A stretch of DNA of 63,958 bases, counting the filler, from Diploschistes diacapsis (taxonomy: Eukaryota), in the NCBI GenBank assembly GCA_023645945.1. It is 19 parts of 19 records of this genome, joined end to end, with 100 filler letters (N's around TTAATTAATTAA, not from the genome) between each part and the next. Parts side by side here need not be neighbours in the genome. Positions count along the whole stretch, not along the records: positions 43,610 to 63,958 come from JALAIB010000347.1; 18 more parts are not named here. One strand, written 5' to 3'. Of this stretch, positions 62,226 through 63,958 are shown piece by piece. Position 1 is the first letter of the stretch. Every line of letters begins with the position of its first letter. The notes beneath the pieces are model-generated. The model searched no databases. It saw nothing but the letters and a program-made list of their open reading frames with translations, and was not told where the DNA came from. The translations under genes and the position numbers were made by a program.

Positions 62226-63958
62226 TGTCCCCCAATCATGGTGCTGAATCTGGTCATCCGAGGCCAACAGGATGCGTATTAGCTTCTTACTTTCAAGTTA
62301 CAATATGTTGCACACGATGGCTTTACTCTGGGAATCACAAAAGGTAGTGGCCACTCGTTCACATGGCACATCCTCCTCTTCCGGGGTGTTTTTTCACCTG
62401 TGTTATCCGAATTACTCCTTCACAACCTCCCCCGCCGCCTCGGCGCTAACCTGCCTGTCTCATCTACTGAGGCATCTACCCATGTGCCGAGCACACAATC
62501 CCAAAGTGAAGTGGCGATCAGAGAACAGTTTGCGAGGGCAGTCAGCACAGGCCGTGCGATGCAACTTCTGCCCTGCGCGAAACACAAGGTCGTCGAAAAA
62601 AGAGGGCGCGGTGAGACAAAGACATGACCCATTTTCCGGTCCCACCTCCAGGTAGGAACTTGGTGTCCCATTCGCACGGGAAACCTACCCAAACTTTCCC
62701 ATCTCAGAGAGCTCGGCGGAGCCTTCGCTTCGCATGTTAAGTGTACGACACGCATGCCGGGATCGGCATGGGCCTGCTTTCCCTCTGTCCGCCCAACTCG
62801 TCTGCCGCTGCTTGATCGGTCTTGTTCGTCGCTCTTGGCACCCTTGGCCCCCGTGCCTCCCTCCCTGCCCGTTCCCTACTCCCCCGCACTGCACCCTTAC
62901 AGCAGTTCGTGAGCTGCCGTTTTCTTGCGTCAGCAGCGGCTCAACGCTGGGGAAAAGGGCGAGCGATGAGCAACCGTGGCGTGACTGGGGCGGGGGCCGT
63001 TGCGGCATGGAGCTGAAGGGGACACGGGCGATCACGATGCGGGCTGATATCATTCCGCTCTGCACCGGGTCCCGTCTTTGTGCCTGCGTTCGTACGGCCA
63101 CGAGAGTAACGTTACTTGCAGAGGGGGATCGTGCCGCAAAGACATCACACCGCAGAGGCATTGCGCCGTAGAGACATACATCGCACCGTGGAGGGGTATC
63201 ACGCCGCATCGCGACCGGCGGTCGAGCGCAGCAAAGGGGCAACGAAGCCAAACAACGGCTGCGGTCAGCTAGGAGCCCAGCCAGGGGGAAAATATCGACC
63301 ACAGAAAACATCCGGTCCTGTAGGAACCGTAGGACCTCAATCTTCGTGACGCCTTATGGAGCAGTATCGCATCGGCGTTGGGGCGCACTAAGCAAGTTAT
63401 GAAACGCAAGTTGGAGGTAAAATGCAGGAATTTCGTTATTGTGATTGGAGCACAGTCTTTTTACGCAGCGTGCCGAGCCATGAAGCTGAAGACGCAATGG
63501 CTTTTTGTAGATTGAATGTGTTTTATTGCTCTAGATACTCGGAGATGCTGGAGAGCACCAAGTAATATGAAAGCAGTCGCCGGTAAAAGAATGATCCGGT
63601 AACCAGCAACTGCATTGTCCTCCCCGGAACAAAGCCATGGCGTTCCTCCAAAAAGGGAACTCTCGGGGAGTGCAGGGCGAACGAAAGCTTGAGACAATAC
63701 AGATTATTTGGTGGAAAGGGGGAAAACTGGGTATTTTGTAGTGACTGTGTTACAACGTTGTGCAGTGCACCCTTCCTCGCCTTCCCAGAGTTGTTGGCTC
63801 TCCCCTGGCGCCATCTGATCCCCTTCCATCTACCGAAGTGCGCGAGTCATCAGCGATCGAGAGCACCGTGGATTGACCGTTGGCGTTGGCGCAAGCCATG
63901 TTTTCGTGCTAGTCCCTCTCTGGGACGCCAATGGAGCGAAGAGGACTCTCTGGGGGAC

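Noticed and set aside
62272..63349. Overlapping GC-rich ORFs near the window end, with a faint F-box-like stretch
   Set aside because: No consistent frame or motif, so it is too weak to call.

Overview
This is filamentous ascomycete (Pezizomycotina) DNA, not one locus. It is 19 unlinked contigs, 18 of them joined to a neighbour within the window by 17 artificial 100-nt linkers (44 N + TTAATTAATTAA + 44 N). Fifteen of the 17 small contigs (about 1.26 kb) are RIP-degenerated transposon debris: Gypsy/chromovirus, Copia, Tad1-like LINE, pogo/Fot1 and a hAT-type MITE. The other two carry MRPL8 with a divergent putative MIC12, and MED4. Two contigs of about 20 kb carry intron-containing genes. 9539-29911 has a cytochrome P450, RAS1, GYP7, decayed F-box-like ORFs and an isochorismatase-family hydrolase. 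43610-63958 has a SWIM-finger protein, a short bZIP-like factor, a GT23/FUT8-like glycosyltransferase, an APC permease and a PTH11-like membrane protein. The most notable observations are: (1) a complete 602-bp non-coding mini-LTR element (TRIM) with a perfect 5-bp TSD, a PPT and a Tf1-type self-priming PBS; (2) a Ras1 with a G13S-equivalent P-loop (GGGSVGKS); (3) an otherwise intact isochorismatase with one in-frame TAA where homologues are expected to have Trp; (4) RIP that hits CpA/CpT/CpC but spares CpG; (5) an elastic hAT MITE family built from ACACGG arrays; (6) a candidate multi-intron non-coding transcript downstream of RAS1.
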